Part shown: positions 17,914 through 28,064 of the stretch, piece after piece | Position numbering within the stretch: the stretch's first letter is position 1 | Layout: each line of letters starts with the position of its first letter | Assembly (NCBI GenBank): GCA_040751795.1 | Contig: JBFMHR010000007.1 | Location: 1-44,905, forward strand | Length of the DNA stretch: 44,905 bases | Reading direction: 5' to 3' | Source of the DNA: Thermoplasmatota archaeon | Lineage (GTDB): Archaea; Thermoplasmatota; Thermoplasmata; UBA10834 | The notes under the pieces: generated by a model | Databases searched by the model: none | What the model saw: only the letters and a program-made list of their open reading frames with translations | Told to the model about the DNA's origin: nothing | Program-made: the position numbers and the translations under genes

Positions 17914-18447
17914 ATGTCCATCAAGGAGACTGTGAGGTTCGTCGGGGAGCTCATGGTGCTCTCCGCCAGGACCGCGCCGAAGGCGGTGGGTCAGGACTTC
18001 ATCGAGGCCAGGCTGCTCTCCGAGACCGAGAGGGTGGCGCTGGGCAACGACATGGTCCAGATCGGGAAGCAGCGGGGCATCCAGGGCTTCGAGCGCGACG
18101 GCCAGAACGTCATCGACTCGGACGCCGTCGTGATCATCGGGCTCCTGCCGCACAAGGGGGCGGGGCTCGACTGCGGCGCCTGCGGGTTCTCCGGGTGCGC
18201 GGAGTTCAACGAGAAGGCGGGCGGCGGCGACTTCAATGGCCCCAACTGCTTCCTCAGGGCGCTCGACCACGGCATCGCCCTCGGCTCGGCCGCGAAGACC
18301 GCCTCGGACCACAACGTCGACAACAGGGTCATGTACAGGATAGGGGTCTCGGCGATCCGCCTCGGGATGTCCCAGGCGAACGCGGTCCACGGCATCCCGC
18401 TGTCCGCGACCGGGAAGAACATCTTCTTCGACAGGATGCGGAAGTGA
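17914..18447 (+). CDS. DUF2148-type ferredoxin-domain protein
   Basis: LMVLSARTAPKAVGQD, GLDCGACGFSGC...GPNC, DHGIALGSA, VDNRVMYRIG, GIPLSATGKNIFFDR. Confidence 0.82.
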   Translation: MSIKETVRFVGELMVLSARTAPKAVGQDFIEARLLSETERVALGNDMVQIGKQRGIQGFERDGQNVIDSDAVVIIGLLPHKGAGLDCGACGFSGCAEFNEKAGGGDFNGPNCFLRALDHGIALGSAAKTASDHNVDNRVMYRIGVSAIRLGMSQANAVHGIPLSATGKNIFFDRMRK

Positions 18448-18449
18448 GC

Positions 18450-19208
18450 CTACCGCCGCCGCGCCACGGGCGCCTTCGGGGGCCTGCCCAGGTAGGCGCC
18501 GTCCAGCAGGTGCACCCTCATGCTCGGGGCCCGCACCAGACCGTTCCTGAAGAAGGGGCCCAGCATCGCGCTCGAACCGGAGTTCACGGGGGTCCCGGTG
18601 AGGAGAGGGTTGAAAGCGGGCACGATGACGATGGACGACGGGCACGACCGGTACCTCTCCGCGACCCGCCGCTTGACGAGCCCCGCGCGGACCCAGCACT
18701 TCTCGGTGTTCCTGGAGCCGAGCGAGTCGACGAGCAGCACCGACGGATGCACGTGCGCCATGACCAGCCTCTCGGCCCCCATCACGTCGTCCGAGGGCCA
18801 GACATGGCCGTGGAAGAGCCCGACGTCCCCGACCCTCGTCCCGCGGCCGCTGAGCGCCTCGCACCCCTCCGGCAGGGCGGCCGAGATGCCGCCGTCGTGG
18901 TTCCCCGCCACGAGCACGACCCTCCTGTAGGCCCGGAGCATCCCGCCCAGCAGCTCGCGTATCTCCGCGTCCTCCCTGTGGCCGACGCTCGGGATCCTGT
19001 GCTTCAGGTCCCCCAGGATGAGGAGGTTCCTCGGGCCCTTGGCGAGCGACTCGAGCGACGCCATCATCTTCGGCATCTGCGAGGGTATGGTGAAGCCGGA
19101 CCTCCTCAGCTGCACCTCTATCCCGACATGGAGGTCCGCGACGACGACCCACTCCTCCGCGCCCCTCATCACGAGCGCCGGGACGTCCGCCACCGGTTCA
19201 AGGTCCAT
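18450..19208 (-). CDS. Metallophosphoesterase (COG1407 / ICC-like)
   Basis: ADLHVG, LGDLKH, GNHDG, HGH, AHVHP, PAFN. Confidence 0.88.
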   Translation of the reverse strand: MDLEPVADVPALVMRGAEEWVVVADLHVGIEVQLRRSGFTIPSQMPKMMASLESLAKGPRNLLILGDLKHRIPSVGHREDAEIRELLGGMLRAYRRVVLVAGNHDGGISAALPEGCEALSGRGTRVGDVGLFHGHVWPSDDVMGAERLVMAHVHPSVLLVDSLGSRNTEKCWVRAGLVKRRVAERYRSCPSSIVIVPAFNPLLTGTPVNSGSSAMLGPFFRNGLVRAPSMRVHLLDGAYLGRPPKAPVARRR

Positions 19209-19247
19209 GAGCCTGGGTACCGCATGTGGACGATAAAGATGCTCCTC

Positions 19248-19925
19248 CTAGCGTCCCACGGCGAGCCTGTCCGCCAGGACCCTTGGCAGGCCAGCGGAGA
19301 CGATCGCGTCCGCCGCCTCCTCCACGGGGTACCGGAACCTGACGACTTCGCACTCCATGCACCCCGTGTCGACGACGGCGAAGCTGCCGCGCGGGTCCCC
19401 GTCCCTCGGCTGGCCCACCGAGCCCGGGTTGACCGCGAGCCCTTCCCCGAGGCGCTTCGCGTACGGCACGTGCGTGTGCCCCATCACCACGATGTCGCCG
19501 CCCGATCGCAGCAGAGTCCCGGCGGTCACGGCGTCCTCGTGGACGTACTCGTCCGGGTCGTCCGGGGAGCCATGGAACACCGATGCCCGGAGGCCGCCCG
19601 CGTCGAACCTGCACGACGGTTCCAGGGACGAAAGGAACGCCCTCGAGCGGTCACCGAGGCGCTTGGCCGTCCAGGCCATGGCCGCGGCTGCGAAGGGGTT
19701 CATCCCGGAGAGGTCCCCGGAGACTGCCGCGCGGTCATGGTTCCCGGCGACGCACGGCCCGCACATGCCCTCGACGATGGAGCAGCACTCGTCGGGGAAC
19801 GCGCCGTACCCGACGACGTCGCCGGCGCACACGACCATGTCGGGGCGGCGCGCCCTGATGAGCCCCGCCGCGGCCTCCAGCGCGTGGAGGTTGGAGTGGA
19901 TGTCCGCCATCACGGCGAGCCTCAT
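19248..19925 (-). CDS. Metallophosphoesterase (YfcE/PPP-like)
   Basis: C-terminal part of ORF 19248..20918 from ATG 19925: ADIHSN, GDVVGYG, GNHD, HGSP, GHTH, NPGSVGQPRDGDPR. Confidence 0.9.
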   Translation of the reverse strand: MRLAVMADIHSNLHALEAAAGLIRARRPDMVVCAGDVVGYGAFPDECCSIVEGMCGPCVAGNHDRAAVSGDLSGMNPFAAAAMAWTAKRLGDRSRAFLSSLEPSCRFDAGGLRASVFHGSPDDPDEYVHEDAVTAGTLLRSGGDIVVMGHTHVPYAKRLGEGLAVNPGSVGQPRDGDPRGSFAVVDTGCMECEVVRFRYPVEEAADAIVSAGLPRVLADRLAVGR

Positions 19926-19933
19926 GCCGGCCC

Positions 19934-21385
19934 TCACCCGCTCGTTCCGAGGAGGTACCTCCTCAGCACGATCGGTATCTTGTCGATGACGTCCGTCGCG
20001 AGCAGGCCGAAGCTCTTCTCCTCGAAGGCCAGGTCCCCCGCGAGGCCGGTCGTGAAGGCGCCCATCCTCGCGGCGGCGAAGGGCGTGGCCCTCTGCGCCA
20101 CCAGGCCTGAGACGACCCCTGTGAGGACGTCCCCGGTGCCCCCGACGGTCATCGCCTCGTTCCCGGTCCTGTTGAGCTTGACGTAGGCGCCGTCGCTGAC
20201 GACGTCGACGGGCCCCTTGAGCACCAGAGTCGTCCTGAGCCTCGCGGCCGCCTCCCTCACCATCTCCGCCCTCCTGTCCAGGTCGTCCGCCGGGGGGGAC
20301 CTCCCCGTCAGCTGCCTGAACTCCCCCGCGTGCGGCGTGAGGACCGCCGTCCTGCCCTTCAGCACGCCCGGCCTTGCGCCGCACGCCCCTATCGCGTCCG
20401 CGTCGATGACCATCGGCTTCCTGCACCTCGACACGAACCTCTGGACCGCGGCGGCCGTCTCCCTCGCGTCCCCGAGGCCGGGGCCTATGGCGACGGCGTC
20501 GAAGTCGGCGGACATCTTGAGGAGGGGGTCGACGTGGGCGGGGCCGAGGACGTTCCCGGGCAGGGCCCGCACGATCAGGTTGGGGGAGTATATGGACACG
20601 GGGGTCGCGGCGGGCTCGGGTGTGGCGACGAACACCAGGTCTATCCCGGACCTCATGGCCGCCATGCCGGTGAACGCGGGCGCCCCGCTGTACGGGCCCC
20701 CGCCCACGACCAGCAGCCTCCCCGAGTCGCCCTTGTGGGCGTCCTTCCTCCTGGACGGAAGGAGGCTGAAGTCGCCGGGGCCGCAGTAGCCCTCCGCCTC
20801 GGGCGGTATGCCGATGTCCGCGACCACTATCCTCCCGGAGTTCTTCTTCGACATGCCCAGCTTGGGCGCGTGGAACGTGACCGTGACGTCGGGACGGAGG
20901 GCGAGGTCTGACGGCCACCCGGAGGGCACGTCGACCGAGACCTTCGGCCTCTTCACCCTGTTCATGGCCCTGATCATGCCGGCGTAGGGCTCCTTGGGCC
21001 TCCCCTTGAGGCCCACCCCCAGCATGGCGTCTATGAACACGTCGTACTGCCTCGCGTCCATGTAGCCCGCGGGCCTGGACACCCCCCTCACGAGGTGCAG
21101 GTTGGCCCTGGCCAGGTCGGTGGAGACCTCCTCCTCCGGCTCCAGGAGGAAGACGTCTGGCCTCATGCCCCTGAGCAGGTGCCTCGCGGCCACGAAGCCG
21201 TCGCCGCCGTTGTTGCCCTTCCCGCAGAGGACCGCCACCCGGGACCCCGGGGGGTAGTTCTCCAGGACGAACCTCGCGACGGCCTCGCCCGCCCTCTCCA
21301 TGAGCGTTATGGCCCTCACGCCGTGGTATGCGGCGTTGATGTCCAGGACCTTCACTTCCTCCGGAGGTATCGCGGGTCTAGCCAC
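19934..21385 (-). CDS. nnr: Bifunctional NAD(P)H-hydrate epimerase/dehydratase
   Basis: LMERAG, CGKGNNGGDG, DAMLGVG, VDVPSG, HKGDSG, GPGLG, DADA, TPHAGEF, GGTGDVLTG. Confidence 0.95.
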   Translation of the reverse strand: MARPAIPPEEVKVLDINAAYHGVRAITLMERAGEAVARFVLENYPPGSRVAVLCGKGNNGGDGFVAARHLLRGMRPDVFLLEPEEEVSTDLARANLHLVRGVSRPAGYMDARQYDVFIDAMLGVGLKGRPKEPYAGMIRAMNRVKRPKVSVDVPSGWPSDLALRPDVTVTFHAPKLGMSKKNSGRIVVADIGIPPEAEGYCGPGDFSLLPSRRKDAHKGDSGRLLVVGGGPYSGAPAFTGMAAMRSGIDLVFVATPEPAATPVSIYSPNLIVRALPGNVLGPAHVDPLLKMSADFDAVAIGPGLGDARETAAAVQRFVSRCRKPMVIDADAIGACGARPGVLKGRTAVLTPHAGEFRQLTGRSPPADDLDRRAEMVREAAARLRTTLVLKGPVDVVSDGAYVKLNRTGNEAMTVGGTGDVLTGVVSGLVAQRATPFAAARMGAFTTGLAGDLAFEEKSFGLLATDVIDKIPIVLRRYLLGTSG

Positions 21386-21527
21386 GGGGCGGTCATGGGC
21401 CCGTAACGTAATAAACCTGACGAGGTTGCCGCCGGCTGGCGCGACGCCTGGCCAGGGCCTGGACGGCCCCTCCGCTTAAAAAGAAATATATATGCAGAAC
21501 CCCTAGCACCGGCCATCGGCAGGGATT

Positions 21528-21824
21528 GTGCAAGTGGGCGACATAAAGAGACTCGTTCTAGACGTGCTCAAGCCTCAGCACCCCACGATCATCGAGCTCT
21601 CGAGGCGCATAGCCGTCCTCAGCGGAGTGTCGGGGGTAAACTGCACGCTTGAGGAAGTGGACAGGGAGACCGAGAGCGTCAAGATAACCATAGTGGGCAA
21701 CGCGATCGACTACGAGAGCATCGAGGAGACGGTCTCGGACTGCGGGGCGGTCATCCACTCCGTGGACAGCGTCTCCGCGGGCAAGATGCTGGTCGACGAG
21801 GTGGAGACCCCGCAGGACCGCTGA
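21528..21824 (+). CDS. DUF211 family protein
   Basis: IKRLVLDVLKP...EVDRETE...GAVIHSVDSV. AT-rich promoter (AAAGAAATATATAT) at about 21480-21493. Confidence 0.85.
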   Translation: MQVGDIKRLVLDVLKPQHPTIIELSRRIAVLSGVSGVNCTLEEVDRETESVKITIVGNAIDYESIEETVSDCGAVIHSVDSVSAGKMLVDEVETPQDR

Positions 21825-21827
21825 GCC

Positions 21828-22127
21828 TCACTCCTGGGCCCTGGGGAGCACCTTGAGCTTCGCGGCGACCTTCGCCACGAGCTCCTTCTTGTCCAGCCTC
21901 GGCTCCACAAGGACCCTGCCCTCCCGCCTGTGCCAGAACCGCGGGTAGGACTTGTCGAGCTCGAGTATGCAGTCGAGGCCGAGCGACTTGACCGCCTCGA
22001 AGAGCATGCTCGCGGTGGGCGCCTCGGAGGCGTCCCTCTTGGCCACCCTCCTGCCCTCCTCCCTCGACACCCTGAGGTCGAAGTAGGACGGCCAGAGAAC
22101 GATAGCCTTCTCGGGGTCTACGGCCAT
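21828..22127 (-). CDS. srp19: Signal recognition particle 19 kDa protein
   Basis: VLWPSYFD...SREEGRRV...KSYPRFW...GRVLV. Confidence 0.92.
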   Translation of the reverse strand: MAVDPEKAIVLWPSYFDLRVSREEGRRVAKRDASEAPTASMLFEAVKSLGLDCILELDKSYPRFWHRREGRVLVEPRLDKKELVAKVAAKLKVLPRAQE

Positions 22128-22254
22128 GGTGCCTCGGCGTAGCCAACGCCCCCCCTCTATCTAATATTGTCGGTCTGGCGCTCCGGGCGGCGATCCGATG
22201 CGGGCGACAGTTAATTACTGGCCCGGCTCATTACCCCGGAGAGGGGCCGAGGAC

Positions 22255-23670
22255 ATGATGGACGAGGACCTGGTCGAGGCGGTGCTCGACGTTGCGACGT
22301 CCCAGGGGAGGCCGATCCTGGCGGAGGTCAGGGCGGAGTCGACCGTGATGAGGGACATAGTCGTGAAGTCGGGCGTTGTGAGCAGCATAGTCTCCAGCAG
22401 GGACGCCGGGATGAACGTCAGGGTCGTCCTGCCGACGGGCATAGGGTTCGCCGCGGCCAACGGCGTGTCCAAGGCCGTGGGCACGGACCTGGCGAAGCGC
22501 GCCTACATGCTCGCCCGCAACGTGAGGCTGAAGAGCCCCGTCGAGATGTCCCCGGAGCCGCCGGTGAGGACCGACTGGGAGGTCAGGCAGGACAGGCCGC
22601 TCTCCGACGTGACCGTGGAGGAGCAGGTGGACTTCCTCAGGGGCGTCGACTCCGCGGTCGCCAGGACGAAGATCAAGGTCGAGGGCCGGTACTTCGAGGC
22701 CAAGACCACCGAGACCAGCGGCGTGTTCGTCAACTCAGAGGGCACCCGCATAAGGTCGTTCCTCCCGAGGGTCAGGATCGACTCGTCGCTCGCCGTCACC
22801 TCGAAGGGGGAGAGCCAGCAGTCGATCAGGGAGTTCGGGGGCGCGGGCGGCTGGGAGCTCGCAGGCTCGTGGGACCTCGAGAAGGCCCTGGCGGACGAGG
22901 TCAGGATGCTCAAGAACATGATCGACAAGGGCAAGGCGGTCAAGCCGGGCAAGTACGACCTCGTGTGCGGCCCGGAGGTCGCGGGGATCGCGGCGCACGA
23001 GTCGTGCGGCCACCCGATGGAGGCGGACCGCATCCTGGGGAGGGAGATGTCCCAGGCGGGCAAGTCCTTCGTCAAGCCGGAGATGCTCAACTTCAGGGTG
23101 GGGTCCGAGTACGCCACCGTCATAGACGACCCGACGGTCCCCGGCTCGTACGGCTACTACGCCTACGACCAGGAGGGCGTCAGGGCCAGGCCACGGTACC
23201 TGTACAAGGAGGGCCTGATGAACGAGTTCCTGACCAACAGGGAGACGGCCGCTGCGCTCGGTTCCGCCAGCAACGGATCGTCCAGGTCGGAGAACTACCT
23301 CAGGGAGCCGATCGTCAGGATGGCCAACACGTACGTCGCCCCGGGCGACTTCGAGGACGACGAGATATTCGGCTCCGTCAAGGAGGGCGTCCTGATGCAC
23401 TCCTTCACCGAGTGGAACATCGACGACAAGAGGTACAACCAGAAGTACGTGTCAAGGGAGGCGTACTTCATCGAGGACGGCGAGCTGGCCGGGCCGGCGA
23501 AGAAGTGCGTCCTCGAGATCACCACACCCGGCTTCTGGGGCGCGGTCGACGCGGTCTCGAAGAGCGTGCTCCACAACGCGGCCGAGTGCGGCAAGGGGGA
23601 CCCGATCCAGAGCATGGCGGTGTTCACTGGAGGGCCCATGATGAGGCTGAGGGGGGTGGTGCTGAAATGA
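22255..23670 (+). CDS. tldD: TldD-family metalloprotease
   Basis: HESCGHPMEADR (HExxxH), DDPT...YDQEG, IVRMANT, C-terminal CGKG. Confidence 0.9.
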   Translation: MMDEDLVEAVLDVATSQGRPILAEVRAESTVMRDIVVKSGVVSSIVSSRDAGMNVRVVLPTGIGFAAANGVSKAVGTDLAKRAYMLARNVRLKSPVEMSPEPPVRTDWEVRQDRPLSDVTVEEQVDFLRGVDSAVARTKIKVEGRYFEAKTTETSGVFVNSEGTRIRSFLPRVRIDSSLAVTSKGESQQSIREFGGAGGWELAGSWDLEKALADEVRMLKNMIDKGKAVKPGKYDLVCGPEVAGIAAHESCGHPMEADRILGREMSQAGKSFVKPEMLNFRVGSEYATVIDDPTVPGSYGYYAYDQEGVRARPRYLYKEGLMNEFLTNRETAAALGSASNGSSRSENYLREPIVRMANTYVAPGDFEDDEIFGSVKEGVLMHSFTEWNIDDKRYNQKYVSREAYFIEDGELAGPAKKCVLEITTPGFWGAVDAVSKSVLHNAAECGKGDPIQSMAVFTGGPMMRLRGVVLK

Positions 23671-25013
23671 GCGAGCTCAAGGACACGGCCCAGGAGCTCA
23701 TGCGGCACGCGAGGGACTGCGGGGCGACGGACGCGGTCGTGGAGGTCATGGACCACAAGACCAGCCAGGTCAGGTACTCCAACAGCCGCATCGACGCCTC
23801 CAACTGGTGGGGCCAGAGGCACGCCCATGCGTTCGTCGCGGTCGGGAGGAGGACGCTGTCCACGGACCTGCTCGACCTGGGCTCGGCCAAGGCCGCGGTC
23901 GAGGCGCTGGTCCAGGCGGCCCGCTCCTCCCCGGAGAACTCCGAGTACGCCGGGGTCCCGTCCGGGAGGTTCAAGTACAGGCGGGGCAGGGCGGACCCGA
24001 AGGTCGTCGCGCTGCGCTCGCCCGCCAAGCACGTCCACGACGCCATCTCCGCCGCGGCCCGCGAGGGGGCCACTGAGGTGGGGGGCACCCTGTTCGTCAG
24101 GGTCATGAGGGCCGGCATAGCCTCCTCGGGGGGCGCGCTGGCTGAGGACGAGAACGCCGCCCTGGAGCTCTCCGTCAGGGCGTTCACCCAGCCCGAGGCG
24201 TCGGGCCACGCGCTGTGCTGCACGCACCGCCTCTCCGGCCTGGACGCCCGCGCGGCGGGCTCGAGGGCGGGCCAGATGGCGGTGCTGGCCAAGGACCCCG
24301 TGCAGGGCGAGGTCGGGAAGACGGACCTCATACTCGAGCCGCTGTTCCTCGGCGGGCTGATGCACTCCACGTCGAGCATGCTGAGCGCCTTCTACGTCGA
24401 GATCGGCATGTCCGCCTTCGCCAAGAGGCTGGGCAAGAAGGTGGCGTCGGAGGAGGTCACCCTGGTCGACGACCCGGTGACGGCCTCCACCTCGCAGAGG
24501 GCCTTCGACCACGAGGGGGTCCCGACGAGCAGGACGGTCGTCATCAAGGACGGCGTCCTGAAGACATACCTCCACGACACGTCGACCGCCAAGCGCTTCA
24601 AGGCCAGGACCACGGGCAACGCAGGGCCCTACGTCCCGACGGGGTTCGACCCGCACGGCGTCCCCCTCCCGATCCACCCCGTCGTCGAGGTGGGGGACTG
24701 GACCGTGGAGGAGATGATCGCCGACACCAAGCGGGGCCTCTACCTCAACAACACGTGGTACACCAGGTACCAGAGCTACTCCATGGGTGACTTCTCGACG
24801 ATCCCGCGGGACGCGATCCTCAGGATCGAGGACGGGCGGATCGTCGGCGCGGTCAAGAACATACGGGTGAGCGACAACATCCTCTCCCTCTGGAAGGGGG
24901 TCGACGCCGTGTCGAAGGGCGCCGAGGAGATATTCTGGTGGGACGAGGCCGCCCCGCCGTCGACCCTCCCCACGGTGAGGGTCAACGGGATGAACATCAC
25001 GCGCTCGGCGTGA
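23667..25013 (+). CDS. tldE: TldE/PmbA-family partner subunit
   Basis: ATGA overlap with tldD. FDHEGVPT, DGVLKTYLHD, TTGNAG, GDFSTIPRD; no HExxxH. Confidence 0.88.
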   Translation: MSELKDTAQELMRHARDCGATDAVVEVMDHKTSQVRYSNSRIDASNWWGQRHAHAFVAVGRRTLSTDLLDLGSAKAAVEALVQAARSSPENSEYAGVPSGRFKYRRGRADPKVVALRSPAKHVHDAISAAAREGATEVGGTLFVRVMRAGIASSGGALAEDENAALELSVRAFTQPEASGHALCCTHRLSGLDARAAGSRAGQMAVLAKDPVQGEVGKTDLILEPLFLGGLMHSTSSMLSAFYVEIGMSAFAKRLGKKVASEEVTLVDDPVTASTSQRAFDHEGVPTSRTVVIKDGVLKTYLHDTSTAKRFKARTTGNAGPYVPTGFDPHGVPLPIHPVVEVGDWTVEEMIADTKRGLYLNNTWYTRYQSYSMGDFSTIPRDAILRIEDGRIVGAVKNIRVSDNILSLWKGVDAVSKGAEEIFWWDEAAPPSTLPTVRVNGMNITRSA

Positions 25014-25040
25014 GCTGAGAAAAGGGATGTGAGCGCGGCC

Positions 25041-25427
25041 TCACTCGGCCTTTATCAGGGTCGCGTTCACTACCCCGTCCTGGCCGCACCTGGAAGTGAT
25101 CACGGCCTCCCCGAGCTCCGTCATGACGGTCGCGCCCTTGGTCATGATGTTCCTCTGCACGTAGTTCGGGTTGGAGGGGTTGGACTTGACCGTGAGGATC
25201 TTGACCTTCTTGATGGTCTTGGTGGCCGGGTCGACGACGTTGGCCGTGTCGACGAGCAGGAGGCGCGCCTTCCTATTGGCGCCCTTGGTGCGGTAGATCT
25301 TCACCTTGCGGGCCCCCAGGTGGGTGAACTGCTTCTCCCTGCCGACCTCGAACTTCCTCTTCTTGCGGGCCAGCCGGATCCTGCCGCCTGTGACCTTGCG
25401 CTTGGGCCTTCCCTGCCAAATGGCCAT
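25041..25427 (-). CDS. rps8e: 30S ribosomal protein S8e
   Basis: [16 protein letters not shown]...[11 protein letters not shown]...[16 protein letters not shown]...[12 protein letters not shown]. Confidence 0.96.
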   Translation of the reverse strand: MAIWQGRPKRKVTGGRIRLARKKRKFEVGREKQFTHLGARKVKIYRTKGANRKARLLLVDTANVVDPATKTIKKVKILTVKSNPSNPNYVQRNIMTKGATVMTELGEAVITSRCGQDGVVNATLIKAE

Positions 25428-25503
25428 CAGATACCTCTCGGGACATGGGAAAGGGGGAGGGGTATTAAAACGTTTTCGAGCGAACGGGGCCTTCCTGGCG
25501 CGC

Positions 25504-26133
25504 TCAGTGCAGCCGGGCGACGGCCCCCTCGCCTATCTCGACGAGCGCATAGTGCCCACCCCGGGCGGTCCCTGGGTTGACGAAGAGAGTGCCGTCGGCC
25601 GTGACCTGCCCCCTGGCCTCGTGGACGTGCCCGGACAGGACGGCCCTCGGCCTGAACTCCCCGACCACCCCCATGATGCCCTCGGAGCCGATGTGCCTGC
25701 CGTTCCGGTCGGAGTCGTTCATGCCCCTCGGAGGGGTATGGGTGAGCATGACGCCCCCCTCGACGGCGACGCCCCTCAGCCCCGCGACCATCTCCGCCTC
25801 CTCCACCTCGAAGGGCATGTTGGACGACGAGGGCAGGCCGCCCCCGAAGCCGAAGAAGTCCAGGCCGTGCCTCGCCACCCTCCTCGAGTGGACGCTCGCC
25901 CCGGCCCCCTCCATCATCCTCAGCATCTCTTCGGTGTCGCAGTTGCCGGGGACCGCGAGGAGGTCGGACTCGAAGGCGGACAGGACCTTCCCCATGTAGT
26001 CCCTCGAGCCGTAGGTCGTGAAGTCGCCGCAGATGGCCACGGCGTCGGGGGAGAGGTCCCTCTCCACCCTCCTCAGCATCGACAGGGCCTCGTCGGAGCC
26101 GTGCAGGTCGGAGCACACCAGGAGCACGACCAT
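25504..26133 (-). CDS. Metallophosphoesterase (Icc-related)
   Basis: SDLHG, GDFT, PGNCD, THTPP, GHVHE, NPG. Confidence 0.88.
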   Translation of the reverse strand: MVVLLVCSDLHGSDEALSMLRRVERDLSPDAVAICGDFTTYGSRDYMGKVLSAFESDLLAVPGNCDTEEMLRMMEGAGASVHSRRVARHGLDFFGFGGGLPSSSNMPFEVEEAEMVAGLRGVAVEGGVMLTHTPPRGMNDSDRNGRHIGSEGIMGVVGEFRPRAVLSGHVHEARGQVTADGTLFVNPGTARGGHYALVEIGEGAVARLH

Positions 26134-26139
26134 CGCATG

Positions 26140-27066
26140 TCACCACGGGAGAGAGATGCCGAAGCTGAGGTCCTGGAACACGAGGAGGTACGCGACGGCG
26201 TACCCGACGACGGTCCCCCCGTTCAGCAGGGGCAGGCCCGCCTGCGGGTTCCCCCTCAGGACGAACCTCATGAGGAGGGCGAAGCCGACCAGCCCCCCGG
26301 CGAGGGCCCCGAGCGCGACGAGGAGGTTGCCGGGGACCCCGGCGACCGCGTCGTCCGCGAGGTAGTAGAACGCGGACGAGACGAGTATCCCCGGGATGAT
26401 GACGTCCCCGAGGCCCATGAACATGGCCTCCCTCTCGTCGCCGTCGTCGAGCTGCTGCTTCAGGGGCTTCTGGCTCAGGTAGGAGTAGCCCTTCTTCTTG
26501 GGTATGACCAGGAGGATCGGGAGCTTCATCTGGGTGACGCCGTCGGCGAGGGCGACCATGTGCTTGGTGCCGTACACCGATATCGCGTCGTAGGCCGCGA
26601 GCACGACGAGGAGTATCACGACGGGGAGTATGTTCAGGGAGATACCCAGTATGCCGATGACGCCCACGGCCACCAGCACGCCCGTCGCGTCGACGACGTA
26701 CCACTCGGGCTTCTTGAGGAGGAGGTAGATCAGGACCGCGGCGAGGGCGGCCGACGCGACGAGGGCGACGATGCTCGTGTCGAAGACGAGGGCTATTATC
26801 AGTATCACGTAGAATATCGTGAACCCGACCGCGCCGATGAAGATGTACTTCACTATGCTCTCGCGCTTCTTCTTGATGATGTACAGGACTATGAACGTGA
26901 AGAGGACGATCGCGATCACGTAGTACACGGGGATCATCGGGTCGTTCGGGTCCTCGAAGGCCTGGTACTCCTCGCCCAGGGCGGCGGAGACCATCGCGAG
27001 GGCGCCCAGCTGCGACAGGGCGAATATGGCCGCCATGACGACGACGGCCTTCACGGATGCGTCCAT
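26140..27066 (-). CDS. Presenilin-family intramembrane aspartyl protease (PSH)
   Basis: Multi-TM protein with catalytic YD (AAYDAISVY), GxGD (MGLGD) and PAL-like PQAGLP. Confidence 0.92.
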   Translation of the reverse strand: MDASVKAVVVMAAIFALSQLGALAMVSAALGEEYQAFEDPNDPMIPVYYVIAIVLFTFIVLYIIKKKRESIVKYIFIGAVGFTIFYVILIIALVFDTSIVALVASAALAAVLIYLLLKKPEWYVVDATGVLVAVGVIGILGISLNILPVVILLVVLAAYDAISVYGTKHMVALADGVTQMKLPILLVIPKKKGYSYLSQKPLKQQLDDGDEREAMFMGLGDVIIPGILVSSAFYYLADDAVAGVPGNLLVALGALAGGLVGFALLMRFVLRGNPQAGLPLLNGGTVVGYAVAYLLVFQDLSFGISLPW

Positions 27067-27152
27067 CTGGCCCCGCTATTCAGGACTGGCTTAGAAATAC
27101 TTTGTGCAGGCGGGGGCAACATCCATATAGAGATGAGGGCGTTTTGTCGGGC

Positions 27153-28055
27153 GTGGTCGAGCTGGACGTGCTGAGGCTGGACGTCTTCACGGACGACCTC
27201 ATGGGGGGGAACCCCGCGTGGGTCGTCCTGGGCGCCGACGCCCTGGACGACGTGACGATGCAGCGGGTGGCGAGCGAGCTGGGGGGCCAGGAGTCGGCCT
27301 TCGCCCTCAGGTCCAGGAAGGCCGACGTCAGGCTCAGGTACTTCGCCGGCAACGCCGAGGAGCCGATAAGCGGCCACTGCACCATCGGCGCGCTCTGGGC
27401 GCTCGCCGAGCAGGGGGCCTTCGGGTCCTCCTACGGGGGCAGGCACCGGGCGGAGACGCCCCTCGGCATCCTCCCCTTCTCCGTCGAACTCAGGCCGGAC
27501 GGCGCGAAGACCGTGTGGATGGCGCAGAAGAGGCCGCTCTACTCCCGCGTCGACGAGGTGACGGAGGCGGCGAGCGCCCTGGGGGTGGGCGCCGACTCCA
27601 TGTTCCACAGGGAGTTCCCGATGGCCAAGGTCTCCACCGGCCTCCCGACGCTGCTGGTGCCCATGAGGTCGATGGACGCCCTGGAGCACGTCTCTCCGAG
27701 GCAGGACGAGCTGGTGCAGCTGCTCTCGGAGCTCGAGGTGGCCGCGGCGGTGGCGTACGCGTGGGGAGGGTTCAGCGAGGACGCGACGCTGCACGCGAGG
27801 TGCTTCATCCCGACGCCGGCGTTCCACGAGGACCCCGCGTCTGGGATGCCGTCCGGGGCGCTGGCGGCGTACCTGGTCGAGCACGACCTCATACCCAAGG
27901 AGAAGGCGGGCCACATTGTGATAGAGCAGGGACACTTCATGGGGCGCCCGTCCAGGGTGCTCGTGCGCGTGGAGAAGAAGGGCAGGTCCGTCTCGAAGGT
28001 CGAGGTGGGCGGGTCCGTGCGCATGTCCGTGAGGGGAAGGGTCACGCTGCCGTGA
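27153..28055 (+). CDS. PhzF family isomerase/epimerase
   Basis: DVFT...GGNPA, ESAF, EEPISGHCTIG, STGLP, EDPASG, EQG.FMGRPS, VGG. GTG start at 27153 is inferred. Confidence 0.88.
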   Translation: MVELDVLRLDVFTDDLMGGNPAWVVLGADALDDVTMQRVASELGGQESAFALRSRKADVRLRYFAGNAEEPISGHCTIGALWALAEQGAFGSSYGGRHRAETPLGILPFSVELRPDGAKTVWMAQKRPLYSRVDEVTEAASALGVGADSMFHREFPMAKVSTGLPTLLVPMRSMDALEHVSPRQDELVQLLSELEVAAAVAYAWGGFSEDATLHARCFIPTPAFHEDPASGMPSGALAAYLVEHDLIPKEKAGHIVIEQGHFMGRPSRVLVRVEKKGRSVSKVEVGGSVRMSVRGRVTLP

Positions 28056-28064
28056 CCGCGCCCC

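Noticed and set aside
25428-25503. SRP RNA or tRNA near rps8e or srp19
   Set aside because: The gaps are too short and show no SRP helix 8 or tRNA T-loop signature; no tRNA was seen anywhere in the window.
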